Shown piece after piece: positions 42,841 to 56,785 of a stretch of DNA of 64,000 nucleotides. The stretch is from the human T2T-CHM13v2.0 reference genome, Homo sapiens. Below the pieces are notes generated by a model. The model searched no databases, was not told where the DNA came from, and saw only the letters and a list, made by a program, of their open reading frames with translations. Location: the NCBI RefSeq assembly GCF_009914755.1, contig NC_060930.1; one strand, 5' to 3'. Position 1 is the stretch's first letter, and each line of letters opens with the position of its first letter. Made by a program: the position numbers and the translations under genes.

Positions 42841-44348
42841 GGGTTTTAAATTGTCAATACATGTTTGAGAAATATTTTCAGCTTGGGCCCAAAGGTAGAA
42901 TATTTCCTGAGTCCTTACATATCTGATAATGATTCTCTTTTTCTTCATAAGTCGAACAAACAAGATTTCAAGGTAAAATAAAAAAATTCTTGGGTCATAA
43001 CATTTCCACTCAAAACTCTATAGCCATTAATATATCAATTTCATTTTTAATGTAATAAAGAATAAATGTGAACCAGAGTTTTTTAATATCATTTTCTATT
43101 TTTCTGGTCAATATTTCTTATTTTCCTTGAAATAAAAATTTTGCAAATCATTGGATTAAAAATGAAACACTGCAGTCTATAAACCCTAATACCATGGTAA
43201 GGAATCAAATTATTCTCATGCAATGTTGTGGAATTTTATATGAAAAAATAAAGACAGGTCAAAAAGGAAAAACATATATAAAGTAGAATTATACAGTGTG
43301 TGTGTGTTGTGTGTGTGTGTGTGTATATATATGTAACATATAGTACAGTTAGATGACTTTTACTGAAAAAAATAAAAATCTATTAATTTAGATCAAGAAG
43401 AGTGATGCATGGGGAGAAGAAAGAAGCAGATAATCAGAATTTTATTTATTTGTGCAGTCTCAAGTACAATAGATATTGAATCCTATGTGCTAGGGTGTGT
43501 GCCATGTGCTGAGTTATATGTGCTTTTCCTTGGGAAGTTAATACAGGGAGAAACACCTCCAACACCTTAAATAAGTGTGAAAAAATAAAGTCTTGTCAGT
43601 AGGATAACAAAAGCCTATCAAGGTTGTTATTAGATCAAAGAGGAAAGAACATGGTCAGTTCTGATCCAGCAGGTCACAGGCCTCAGGGAAACTAGGAAAC
43701 GTGTATGATTTTTATGTAGTAGTTTCATTCCTTAAGAGAAATGTTGGTCCAGATGAAGCCTAACCCTTAAAAAATGAAGCTAGGAATTTTAAAAACTGAC
43801 TTAATTAATGAAATACCCTGGTCAAGAGACTGGGTGACACAAGTACGGAGAACACGTTCTCGTTTTTTATTGCAAACAAATTGTACCCAAATTTCAAAAG
43901 GCACAGAGGGCAGAGGGAAGACTAGTGTTTGCCATATGAAACTACAAATAAAATATTTGAAATTTTAAAAGTTTGTTTTGCAATATCTTTTCTATATTTA
44001 TTTTTTATTGTAAAATTTGCCATTTATAAAACAACATTTATTGGAACTATTGGTGGGAAGAGAAAATGTTTTAGTTAAATATTCATCGGTGAAAAGAGCT
44101 CAACTGAATGTGAACTGGATAAGCTCACATAACTCGAAAAGTGGGATACTGATTTACATAGCCTGTCCTCTTAAAAGCATAAACAAAATTGTATAAATTA
44201 TGGTATAATAATTTAAAATTTGAATTATTCTTTTTGTTTTCATAAACATGCCCAATTAACTAACTCAAAATTAAACCATATGTGAGTCTCTATCCCTTCA
44301 CTTCATCTTCCCCACTCCAACCCTTCTATAAATGCAGGGCAGTGATTC

Positions 44349-44448
44349 AGTGCTTCCATGTATCACATCTTCAGTCCTGGCTGTGTATTCCCAGTACATG
44401 GGAAGCTTTGAAAACATTTGAAGCTGGCTTCCCCACCTACTTTCATTA

Positions 44449-44489
<41 letters not shown>

Positions 44490-44593
44490 TAGCAATTTAG
44501 CAGAGCTGTTCTGGGAGCCCACAATGGCATTTAAAAAAAAAAAACCTTCCTATGAAGCTGTAATGTATAGGCACTGACCTACTGAGAGTCACT
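44349..44593. mobile_element. MER5-like hAT-Charlie relic with an internal A/(TA)n tract
   Basis: 'cagtgcttc...cctggctgtgtatt...gggaagcttt' and end 'tgagagtcact'. Confidence 0.5.
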
Positions 44594-45819
44594 AACATTT
44601 AGGAAATCAGGAAATCAAATTTCTCCTAGAAAAAGGAAAAGGAATGATTATATTATGTAATTTTATAATTATTCTTTTTAGCATCTGGATATTGCTATTA
44701 CTATTATACTACCAATACTATGATATTAAAACTTATTTTATACTTAAAGTTAGAGACTATGAGAGAATGGTAAGTTTGTTTTTTTCCTCAAGGAGCTTTT
44801 ATTTATCAGGAGATAAATGTAATAAAATCCTTTTATATTGTATGTATTATATAGGTATTAAAAAAGTGGTATGCATAAAGTGGGATTGTAATACAGCCGT
44901 TAAACCAGTTTAAAATGGTAAAAGTGAGGTCTAATGAATGCTAAAGAAATAAAAGGGGGTATTTGAGTTAAACTTTATATGTAATTTTCTAAGCTTACGA
45001 AGGAGAAGTTGGGAAGAGGGTGAGGACCAGTATTCCCGATGGGAAAGAGCAACACAAGTGTTTTACATGTTTCACTGTGGAGGAAATGGAAGCTAAGACT
45101 AATTTGATGGCTTACCAAACACTGTTATTTGGCATCAGAGTTAAGATAATAACTCCCCTATTTTTAAAACATGTTTGAGTTAGTGGCCTTTTTAATAAAT
45201 TATGCCACCGAAAGACTGGAAACCTTCCAGGTAGCAAAACTCTTTTCCCATCTTACCAACTTTTCTAGCCTTCTAAAAAATATATTTTTAGAAAATACAG
45301 TAAAAATGGATGGCATTTCACTGGGATATATTGATCTTGTTAAGATGTCCAATTCAAAAACTGAATTAATAATTCTATTGCTATTTCTAGAAAATAGAAG
45401 CTTATGTAGGAAAGTAACTTGCAATTGGGAAGCTGCAGTTTATGTTGCTTAAACTCACCCTTACACTGTACCTATACTTAAAATCTTCATATAGACAAAC
45501 AGCTTTTTAAATTATCTTTTCTGCATAAACATGTCTTCTATTTATAAATAAATGTTTGAAATATTATTTGATCACCTGTACAAACTTTAGGAGAGATTGG
45601 CCAACAACTGATTTTAGTGCCAGATTCTACAACACATTTATTTATAACTAATATTTTGAATTTATTTTTTTGACTTTTAGAAATGTGTTCAGTGTTTTAT
45701 TATTCTTTGAAGAAATAAATGTATTCATTTACTTTAAATCATAAGGAGAATTACAAAATTATCACTATTACATAACTAGTTGTAGAATATTTAAGATGAA
45801 ATCTACATTCTCTGGATCG

Positions 45820-46020
45820 ATGGTTACATTGTGAAGAATGAATTTTGAAGCTATATTTTGATGGTATTTGGGTTTAAAGCTGATTCATCACTCTCTAACT
45901 ATGTGAACCTGGATGAACATTTAAAACTTCCATGCCTGTTTCTTCACCCTTAAATAAGAATTATATATGGTTATTTTGAGGATTTAAATCTATGTCCAGC
46001 ACATAGTAAACGTTTAAGAA
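45820..46020 (+). mobile_element. MIR
   Basis: 'gggtttaaagctgattc..ctaactatgtgaacctgg..tgcctgtttcttcac'. Confidence 0.6.
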
Positions 46021-46703
46021 AGATCAGCCATAGAAAGCTATATTTCTCTTTTGTTTTATCTTCTGAGCCTCTAAAAAAGGTTCTGTCATCGGTTTCTATG
46101 ACAACTTGTGGCTTATGAAAGGAAGAGACACAGCGACAACTTTCTCTGTGACTCAACAAATTGGTATTAATAATCAACTGGCAACTATTTCTGGTTTGCA
46201 TTATGGAAATACTACGAATGCACCATATTTTGAAGGTCTGCCTGCTCTGGGCATAATGTTTTGGCTAAAATTGTAAGTTATGATCAAGTTCGAAGATGTA
46301 TTTAAAGCAATGCCTAAAAAATGATTTAACACATGATTTCATAAATATAATAGAAAACATTTATTAAAAATTATTGATCCATTTTATAGGATTATAACTA
46401 ACAATTACTAGAGAATTTTAAGCATAATTACAAATAGCAAAATGCATTTAAAAAACTACATAGTGGAGTTCTGATATAAATGTATAACTTTTCCTCTGTT
46501 GAAATTGATAAAACCTGTTTTAATATAATGGTGACTTTTGTTTTGCTTTTCAAATAACAGCAACTTCTTTTTTCAGTTTGGATTATTCTCTGTTATGTGT
46601 CTCACACTATATTTCCTCTTCCCTGGGCTGTGCTGAAGTATCTTGTTTTTTTTTTTTCATTTTTTTCCCCAGCTTTATTGAGGTATGATTGGCCAATAGA
46701 AGT

Positions 46704-46766
<63 letters not shown>

Positions 46767-46768
46767 AC
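46704..46768. repeat. (TG)(TA)n(CA) compound microsatellite
   Basis: Directly visible. Confidence 0.95.
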
Positions 46769-46825
46769 ATATCAATCAAAACTTGATGTTTTGATACATG
46801 TAAACATTGTGAAATAATCACCACA

Positions 46826-47139
46826 GGCAAGCCGCGGTGGCTCACGCCTGTAATCCCAACACTATGGGAGGCCGAGGTGGACAGATCACGAGATGAGGAG
46901 TTTGAGACCAGCCTGGCCAACATAGTGAAACCCCATCTCTACTAAAAATACAAAAAATTGGCTGGGCATGGACACGGGTGCCTGTAATCCAAATACTTGG
47001 GAGGCTGAGGCAGGAGAATCGCTTGAACCCAGGAGGCAGAAGTTGCAGTGAGCCAAGATGATGCCCACTGTGCTCCAGCCTGGGTGACAGTGTGACTCCG
47101 TCTCAAAAAATTAAATAAAAAATAAATAACAGTAATAAC
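46826..47139 (+). mobile_element. AluS SINE
   Basis: TSD AATCACCACA at 46816-46825 and 47140-47149. Confidence 0.92.
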
Positions 47140-47929
47140 AATCACCACAATCAAGCTAATTAACATATCCATTATACCACATAGTATCCATTTTCTTTTC
47201 TACTTTTGGGCTTCTTTTTTATTTATTTATTTATTTTTTTTGTGGTGAGAACACTTAAGATCCACCCTCTTAACAAATTTCAAGTATACAACATTGTTAA
47301 CTATAGTCACAATGTTGTACATCAGCTCCCCAGAACTTATTCATACTGGATATCTGAAAGTCTGTAGCATTTGGCCAGCATCTCTCCGTCTCCCCCTCCC
47401 TCCAGCCCCTGGCAAAATCCAGCAGAACTCTGATTCTATGAGTTTGATTATTTTAGATTTCATATATAACTGAGATCATTTAGTACAGGTATTTGTCTTT
47501 CTGTCTGACTTATTTCACTTAGCATAATGTCTGCAAAGTTCACCCCCATGTTAACTAAATGGCAGGATTTTCTTCTTCATTAAGGTTTAATAATAAAAAA
47601 CACATTCCCTCTATAAAAAGCAAGCAGGGATGGTGTTCATGGTGGAGGTAGGAGGTGAAGTGAAAGACTGAATTGACTATCTGCTGTTTTTCCTAGAGTT
47701 GACCCCAGATATAAAGATTCAGAGTTTTTCATCAAAGTAATATTTTATATTTTGATTGTAAAACTTTATGCAAAATCAAATCAGTTACATTGATTCCCAT
47801 TTTTTACAAATTAAGATAAGGGCATTTCTGGTTTTCTGTATTCCATTTATGATTTATTAAAGACATTAAGAACAAATCTTGGATTTTACTTGTGGACTAT
47901 ATCATTTGCACAATGACATCAATTCTTTA

Positions 47930-49730
47930 TTTTTTTCTTTCATCCTTCACCTCCTCCCAACCTTCCTCTCAAGATCTCAAAATCCATTACGTCATTCTTA
48001 TGCCTTTGCATCCTCATAGCTTAGCTCCCGCTTATAAGTGGGTACATACGATGTTTGGTTGTCCGTTTGTGAGTTACTTAAGTTAGAACAATTGTCTCCA
48101 ACTCCATCCAGGTTGCTGTGAATGCCATTATTTTGTTTCTTATTATGGTTGAGTAGTATTCCATAGCATATATATACGACATTTTCTGTATCCACTCATT
48201 GGTTGATGGGCATTTAGGCTGGTTCCATATGTTTGCAATTGCGAATTGTGCTGCTATAAATGTGTGCCAGTGTCTTTTTCATATAATGACATTTTTTTTT
48301 CCTCTGGGTAGATACCCAGTAACGGGGTTGGTAGATCAAACAGTAATTCTACTTTTAGTTCTTTAAGGAATCTCCATACCATATTCCATAGTGGTTGTGC
48401 TAGTTTACATTCTCACCAGCAGTGTAAAAGTATTCCCTTTTCATCACATCCCTGCCAACATCTGTTATTTTTTGATTTTTTAATTATTGCTATTCTTGCA
48501 GGAGTAAGGCAATATCTCATTGTGATTTTAATTTGCATTTCCCTGATAATTAGTGATGTTGGGCATTTTTTGATGTTTTTTGGCCATTTGTATATCTTTT
48601 TTTGAGAATTGTCTATGTCCTTTGCCCACTTTTGATGGGATTATGATTTTTCCTTGCCTATTTGTTTGAGTTCCTTGTAGATTCTGAGTATTAGTCCTTT
48701 GTTGGATGCATAGTTTGTAAATACTTTCTCCCACTCTGTGGATTGTCTGTTTAATCTGCTGATTATTTATTCACTGTGCAGAAGCTTTTTAGTTTAATTA
48801 GGTACCATCTATTTATCATTGTTTTTGTCTTTGCCTAAACCAATGTCTAGAAGGGTTCTTCTGGCTTTATCTTACAGAATTTTTATGGTTTCAGGTCTTA
48901 GATTTAAGTCTTTGATCCATTTTGAGTTGATTTTATATAAGGTGAGAAATGAGAATCCAGCTTAATTCTTCTACATGTGGCTTGTCAATTATGCTAGTAC
49001 TATTTGTTGAATAGGGTGTCCTTTCTCCACTTTATGTTTTTGTCTGCTCTGTCGAATATCAGTTGGCTGTAAATATTTGGCTTTATTTCTGGGTTCTCTA
49101 TTCTGTTTCATTGTTCTACATGCCTATTTTTATATTGGTACCATGCTGTTTTTGTAACTATAGCCTTATAGTATAGGTTGAAGTCAGGTCATGTGATGCC
49201 TCCAGATTTGTTCTTTTTGATTAGTCTTGTTTGACTGTACAGGCTCTTTTTTGGTTCCATATGAATTTTAGGATTGTTTTTTCTAGTTCTGTGAAGAATT
49301 ATGATGGTTACGTTGATGGGGATTGCATTGAATTTACCAATTGCTTTTGGCAGTATGGTCATTTTCACAATATTGATTCTACACATCCATAAGCATAGAA
49401 TGTGTTTCAATGTGTTTGTGTCATCAATGAGTTCTTTCAGATGTATTTTGTAGTTTTCCTTGTAAATATCTTTTATCTCCTTGGTTGGGTATATTCCTGT
49501 TTTTTTTTTGTTGTTGTTTTTTTTTTTTTTTTGCAGCTGTTATAAAAGGGGTTGAGTTCTTGATTTGATTCTCAGCTTGGTTGCTGTTGGTGTACAGCAA
49601 TGCTAGTGATTTGTATGTATTGATTTTGTATCCTGAAACTTTACTGAATGCATTTATCAAATCTAGAAGCTTTTTGGATGAGTGTTTAAGCTTTCTAGTT
49701 ATACTATCATATCACTAAAGAACAGTGACA
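47930..49730 (-). mobile_element. L1PB1-like, 5'-truncated and lacking the distal 3'UTR
   Basis: 'cctcatagcttagctccc' motif and ORF2 pieces on minus. 16-bp TSD TGACA(T/C)CAATTCTTTA at 47914-47929 and 49726-49741. Confidence 0.9.
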
Positions 49731-50586
49731 CCAATTCTTTAGTCTAATATTTAAATGTTAGTTAAGTCCCTAGTAATGGAATCCTTGGCTGATGTAAGAA
49801 ATTGCTTAGTTTTATACAAATTACTTTTATTTTTCATAGCAATGTTACTTAATACAAATGGATAATGAATTTAATTTTCTGGAAAAACTCACTGTCCATT
49901 ATGCAGATATGTATGTGTTATAATCTTATTTTCATACTCACTCATTAAAGATTTAAAATTTTAGAACACTTGCTTTATTATTTTTCTGGCCATATATTTT
50001 TTATTCTTATGTCATCACTTAAATATAAGCAGCTATGTGTTTTTATTAATAATCACTGTTTTAAAAGAATTATTTGGTTTTTATTCAGTCATGTGTCATA
50101 ATTTTTTATATGCTGGGCAACAATTAGGTATAAGATGTCCCAATGAAATGAGAATAGATTACATAGGCAGATATTTTTAAGGTAAATTCCAACATCAGGT
50201 ATGCCAAAATGTGAAAAATACATATTTTTAAAATGTAGGAAATAGGGTATGTTTTTGTTTGAAGACTTTTAATCACTGGGTTGCACTGAGTTGGCAAAAC
50301 CTTTGGAGACTGATTCTTATTTTTAGGTATGTTGAGTCTGCAATTCTAGAGGCAATCACCAAGTATCTTTAAACTTAGCCAAATAGTTTAACTTAGGTAC
50401 TTTTTTGTGAATAAAAAAGATCATTACGTAATCCAAACTATTGCTTTTACTTTTCTAACAGAACAAACTTTTTATGTAAATGTCTAGTTAACATTGTAGA
50501 AAATGTTTGGGCTGCCAAGAAAAAGAAGTTTCCTTAAGAGTTTGGGGAGAAAAGAAAAGGTATGCCAAGTTGAGTGCTCTGCTGAG

Positions 50587-51317
50587 CAGAGGGCGGTTCC
50601 CTGGCAAAGGCCCCCACCCTCAAGCCAGGATACCCATGGCCTTCAATGGGAACAGGCATTCTTGGTTTTGCACCCTAAAGTTGCCTTTTGGCCTACCACA
50701 GCACCCCCTGCAATCCCATACTCATATAAACCCCAAGCCCCTGGCTCCAGAGAGAGATAAGGAGATGAACAGAAGAGCAGAAGGACAGTAGAATGGCATA
50801 GCAGAGAGAAGAGAAAGAGCATCTGAATGCTAAGGGGAATTTGACTGAGGACTGTCAAAGAGGAAATCAGCTGCTAGGCGGCCAAACTCCAGAGGAAGAT
50901 CATCTTCCCACTCCATTTTCCTTCCAGCTCCCCATCCATCCTGCTGAGAGCCACTTCCACCACTCAATAAAACCCCACATTCATTCTTCAAGTCCATGTG
51001 TGACCTGACACCTCCTGAATGTCGGACAAGGAACTGGGTACCAAGAGGGCACAGAGCTGGTTAACACTTAAGCCGTCAGCAGATGGTAAAACTGAAAGAA
51101 CGCATTGTAATACATGCCATTTGGCCTTTAAGAGTCACAGGCTCCCACCCCCGGATGCTGTGGGGCTGGAGCCCAGGGGCTCTTGCTCCAGCTCCTGCAC
51201 TTGCCTGTCTGCATGCTCCCCTCCTGTAAGGGGTTTGAGTGGTAGGGGAGACCTAACAGATAAGCCACACCCCTGTTGCGTGTCCTGTGAGGGGGGTCAA
51301 GGAACTCTCCTGTTTCA
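50587..51317 (+). mobile_element. ERV1 solo LTR (LTR1 family)
   Basis: 'agagggcggttccctggcaaaggccccca', TATA-like 'catataaa' near 50723, AATAAA near 50966, end 'ggaactctcctgtttca'. Confidence 0.85.
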
Positions 51318-51639
51318 ACTTTTCCAAGTCTGGTAATGAAAGTTATTGATGTAAAAATGCCTCAAGATTTTTACTAATTCTCAAAATCTCTACTATGTGT
51401 TAAAAAGTGTCCTCTGTTTCCATCTCAGTCCACCAAGTGAAACCTTTTCCACAACCCTTTTAAAACCCTGTCTCCTTATTGATAAATAATACACGTAATA
51501 TCTGATGCGCTCACTCTTCTACTCCCAACTCCAAAGATTTGGTACACCCTCAGGGAAGTATATCTTTAATGTTTCCTATAACTTTAATTTTTGCACATTT
51601 TATAATGAATGTTATATTATTCTGAATATTGTGCTAACT

Positions 51640-51770
51640 TGAATATTACCTCAGAATCAAAGTTTTGTGAAGGTACAAGCTCTGTGTTGACAACTCTCTT
51701 TGCAATGCCTAATCATGTTCTGAAAACTAGTAAGTGCTTAATAAGTATTTATGGAATCAGTGAATGAAAA
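51640..51770 (+). mobile_element. L2 3' terminus
   Basis: 'tagtaagtgcttaataagtatttatggaatcagtgaatgaa'. Confidence 0.6.
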
Positions 51771-52762
51771 AGAAGCAGTTCTCTTTTATGATGACTCACA
51801 TAAATATTAATTTTTAAAATATAAGCATAAAAGGAGTATTAGAGCACAAACAAATGCAAACACATGTAGTAATTTATAACTTACAAAACCCAGTGATTCA
51901 TTTTATGACATTCTGATACTATCATTGTTATATTTTTTCTCTTCCAAATGCTGATGTTGTTTAATGTTTGATAGCATTTACGTTTTCCACATGCATTGTC
52001 AATATTTTCTACTAATCTTTTCCCTTCGGTTTTTGTATTATAAAGGTATCTCATCAGCAAATATAATGTTCTGAGTGTTCATGGTGTTTGTTTATGCCTG
52101 ATTCCAGGAAAAATGCAAATTAGAATGGGGTTTCTACAAGTTTCTCTCTCTCCAAACAAAATATAAAGTGGTTCCACAGGGTGAATTAGGAGCAAATTTA
52201 TTTTCCTCTAAAAGGATAACAGCATACAAGTTATAACAGTGCTTCTCTGTGGGAAAGAAAGGAGAGTGAATCTCCTTCCTCTCCAAGCAGGGTTTTGATG
52301 CTGAGGGATTAAAAGAGGGTCCTGAGTCACTCCAAATCCCTGTAAATCTACAGTAATCTGGGTCCTTGGACATGGGAGAATCCGTTCTTCTGTCAACACC
52401 TACTGCTTTCAGACACTATACTAAGCAGAAGAATAAGCCACAGACCCTTCCTATAAGGAGATCTAAAAATGTTTCTAAACAACCGTAATACGTAATGGAA
52501 AGTGATATCACAAAAGACATGGAAACAAAATGTTATAGGAGTCCCCCGAAGGAAGAAAAAGCTTTTTGTTGGGTGATTATGGAGGCTGGTGTCATGATGC
52601 TGGATTAGATTTATGGGAAAGATGCACAGGTAAAAACAAAGAGGAAGAGAATTGTAGGCTGATGGTACAGCATGAACAAAACAGGTCTTCCATTTGGTTG
52701 GAGTCTAAAAAGTGTAAATATTTTAAATATTGTCAATAATAGGTGCTTTTGATTGAATTCAG

Positions 52763-53395
52763 TGCCACGTATTAAATTATTGTCTCAATTTCAAACTCAC
52801 CGTCTCTACCCTGCTTTGCGATGCTGGAGCTAGCTCGCTGTTAAATTCTGCCAAAAGGGATGTGAGATTGAGACTCCAAGCCTGGAGGAGGAGAAAGGGA
52901 CTTGCTCCTCCCTATTTGCTTTCTGGATACTTGCCATTTCTGTGAGCAGCATCTCTGTACTTGTCTGCATGTGTCAATTCCTTCTGAGGCAATATCAGAA
53001 CGCTGTTTGCTGTTTGCTCAACACCTGTAGAATTGGTCTTATCCTTCCTCCTTAGGGACACCAACTAGCCAGTGTCCAGTCCTCAGGGATCTGGGTCAAA
53101 GGCACATGGGGCTCTCCTCTGAGCTCACACAATCATCAACTGTGCAGATCTCCCTCTTCACTCCAGCTCTCGGGTCCTGGAGCCACATGTCCAGCTTCTT
53201 CCTTTTATTCCTCCAGCCCCAGGGTACTACCTACTTCCTAGAGTTGCTGCCTTCATGATCTTTTAGTGCTCTTTTCTTTTAACCTCTTAGTTACTTAGTT
53301 AATAACTTCATACTCAGTTAACAAATCTTTATTTAAATTCTCTCTGCTCAATAATTGATATGATTTCTGTCTCCTGCCTAAATCCTAACAATGAA
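52763..53395 (+). mobile_element. ERVL solo LTR (LTR41-like)
   Basis: 'taaattattgtctc...ctgctttgcgatgctggagct', 'ggaggaggagaaagggacttgctcc', 'tttctgtctcctg'. Confidence 0.7.
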
Positions 53396-54557
53396 TGAAT
53401 TGTATAGAAGCTGCAATATTGGTGTCAATTTCCACATCACAAAGTGCTATTGGAATTATCATCACTAGGAAGTTCTTAATTATTTATTTCTATATTTATG
53501 GAAAAAAGGCTTTAAAACCCTATATCAAGGAAATTATAACAGAGGTTCTTATAATGGCTCACTACTTATTAAAATGTGTATGGTACATATGATTACTTTT
53601 TGTTATCTCTCTTCTGGGGTTGAAAAGTTATTAGATTTCCAAAAAACTATGTTAAATAACAGCACAATCCACTCTAGATTATCATTTGAAAGAGTTTTAC
53701 AATTTTTCATACATGATTTCTCTTTCCTCCTCCAATTTTACCAACATACATTTTGTATTAATAAAAGGGCTACTTCAACCTTGGTGTTTGTGTATGTAAA
53801 TGTTCGTTCAATTGGCAACCAGGCAAAGGGAGGAAGCAGTGAATCACTCCTACTTCATGGTCTCCAATCACATCAACTGTCCCTGGATGGGGACACAGAA
53901 ACTGTACAGGACAGAAACTGCACATTTGCTTTGGGGTGAGCTTTCTATGGAGTATATTTCTCAAGTAATATACATATATATTCTTAATGTATTCTTATAT
54001 TTTCAATATGTAGGTATATTCTCATTTTAGTCATGGTTCATAAATAAATTTCTTATATTTGGAAATCATAAATTAAATAATATCTCCAAGTATGTTTTAA
54101 AATATAAACTGGGCATACACAACTTGACCACTACATTTAAGATTCTGGAGACCCAGACTGTGAAAAACTAGTAAACAGATGTTACTAAAAATTTTATTTT
54201 ATCCATTGTTCTGGTATACTATATTACATGTAATTTTGGGAATTTTGGAAAAAAATACTTACGAAATCGTGCTTATCTTGCTTTGGAAACAAAAATTGAG
54301 ACTATGCTAATTTTTTGCAGGTGGCTAAATTATTATTTCTGTTTTATTAGGGAAATTTTGAGTAAACTTAAAGTTGGTAACTGAGCACCATGAAAATGTT
54401 CAAACCACATAATTGTTAAAGAATGGTGTTATTTGCTTACAAATAAGTTTGAGTGTAAGTTTGTAATATCCTGAAATTCAAGTTGAGTAAATAAAAGGGG
54501 ATTAGCAGCTGTCTGACACTTCTTAAGCAAGAGTAAAGTCAAAATCTCATTACCATC

Positions 54558-55067
54558 TACATAAGTTTTCCATTGATGCTATAACAAATTACCATAAACT
54601 TAGTGGCTGAAAACAACACAAACTTATCGTCTTACGGTTCCGTTATTAGAAGTATGACACAGGTCTCACTGGGCTAAAATCTAGGTATCTTTAGGTTTTG
54701 GTAGGACTGTGTTCCTTTCTGTAGACTCCAGGGGAGAATCTATTCCTTGCCTTTTCAATCTTTGAGAGGATCCCTCATTCCTTCGCACATGCATCCATTC
54801 CTCCATCTTCAAAGAGAGCAACATTGCATGTCTCTGCCTCTCCTTTTATTGTCACATCTCTTTCTCACCACAGCTGGGAATGATTCTCTGCTTTTAAAAA
54901 CTATAATTAGATTGGACTCCTTGGATAATCCTGGATAATCTCCCCATTGCAATGTCATTAGCCTTAATCAAATCTGCAATGTCCCTTTTGCCATGTAAAG
55001 TAATGTGTTCACATTTCTGAAGATTGAAATATGGACATCTTTGGAAGTCATTTCTCTGCCTACCACA
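54558..55067 (-). mobile_element. MaLR solo LTR (MLT1C/D-like)
   Basis: 'gctataacaaattaccataaacttagtggct', 'ggggagaatc', end 'ctgcctaccaca'. Confidence 0.85.
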
Positions 55068-55189
55068 CCACCTACTTGATTTTTGGACTTAGGTACTATG
55101 TGGGCATCTCATTTCAAAAAGAACGAATGATACTTGTTCAAATGCGAAGAATCGTTTCCTGTTCAACGTCTTTTTAAGAGCTAGTAAGG

Positions 55190-55491
55190 GGCCAGGTGCA
55201 GTGGTTCACGCCTGTAATCCTGGTGCTTTGGGAGGCCGAGGAGGGCGGATCACGAGGTCAAGAGATCGAGACCATCCTGGACAACCTGGTGATACCCTGT
55301 CTCTACTAAAAATACAAAAATTAGCTGGGTGTGGTGGCACATGCCTGTAGTCCAAGCTACTAGGGAGGCTTAGGCAGGAGAATTGTTTGAACCCGGGAGG
55401 CAGAGGTTGCAGTGAGCCAAGATCGCGCTACTGCACTCCAGCCTCACGACAGAGCGAGACTCTGTGTCAAAAAATTAAATAAATTTTAAAA
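55190..55491 (+). mobile_element. AluSc-like SINE
   Basis: 'ggatcacgaggtcaagagatcgagaccatcctgg'. TSD aagagctagtaagg / aagtgctggtaagg. Confidence 0.92.
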
Positions 55492-56785
55492 AAGTGCTGG
55501 TAAGGATATGTATGTGGACAGGAAAGTTGTTCAGATTTACCTGAAAGGCTCAAACTAAAGACATGTTTCCAATAAAAGCAAGAATTGGTATAACAGCCTA
55601 ACTGGATTATCTCTTCCCCCATTTTCCCACTGAATAGAGCTTTCATGAACCTCTTTTACTAATGAAATTTTGTTATGGTCATGTGTTTGGGGGATAGGAA
55701 AAAAGGGTGAGAACTAGTGTTTGACTTCCTGTGCACTATTAACTCCGGCTTGATTTAGCCAGAATAAAAGAAATCTGAACTCAACTAAGAACGTGTTTGC
55801 TATGTTTCAATCTTTCGAAACAACCTAAGTAAATATTTCTGAAGCTTGAAAGTCTTATGACTATTTCCTAACGTGTACTTTATTTTGTTTAGTCTCCTTA
55901 GACAAGCCAAAATTACTGACATTTGTATTACTAAAAGCCCTTTCTTGAGGTTTAGCAAGTTGCTTTTCATTGTTTTTCTCTGATCCAAAGCATGGCGAGG
56001 CAGGTCTCGTAGACAATTATGCTAGTGAAATAATGGGAAAATTTTCTGAAAATGACTTGTAATTAAACATGGTAGGAATTACAGAAGCACTTGGATTAGA
56101 CAACTCAATGGCTGAGAAGTAAAGCTTTGGGAAAAACTGATTTTATGTTTGAAACTATTAACAGTACATCTTATTAAAAAATTTCTTTTATAAATCTGGA
56201 AAAGTTTATATCTTCTAACACATTTGTGCTTCTAATAAAAGCTGTTCATTTCTCAAATAAGAATTCTAATAATTTTGAGATAACTTAAACCGGATATACT
56301 GGGGAGAAAAATATTTGCAAAAGTTACTTTATAGAATTTCAGAGAAAAAAAGAAGCCATTCTGACAGACTTAGAAATTATCTTAACGATTACTAAATAAG
56401 CACATCCTGCTTCAAAACTCTATCTCTTAACTGAGATTTATTGGGATAACACTTCTAAGTCAACACTGTCTATTAAGGAATACATTTTTAAATATTGACG
56501 CCAGATGTCATGAAGCTGTAGGAAGCCTTCAGTATGTGTTTGGGAAATTAATTAATGAGTGCATGGGTATAATATCCATTTCACCTGAGGCAATAATAAA
56601 GGTCCAGGAATTTTATTTTCTTATTGGCATCTCTTCTGATATAACTTGTCTTTGCCACTTGGTGAAATTATTTATATTCTTTATAAATTAGTCACCCTAT
56701 TTTCAAATAAAGTTGATACTCTTAATCATTTGAGTCAGAGTTTAACATAGGAAAGATTTAACATAAAAAGATAAACAAAAAGATG

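Larger units (their letters stand above)
46645..47595 (-). mobile_element. L1MA8/9-like 3' end with an internal (TA)n and an Alu
   Basis: 'cagctttattgaggtat', 'caatcaagctaattaacatatccat', 'tgtggtgagaacacttaagatc'. Confidence 0.85.

Noticed and set aside
53574-54030. Overlapping ORFs (121 aa and 76 aa) with a GG|gtgagc donor
   Set aside because: No convincing acceptor and no recognisable protein; overlapping frames suggest chance.
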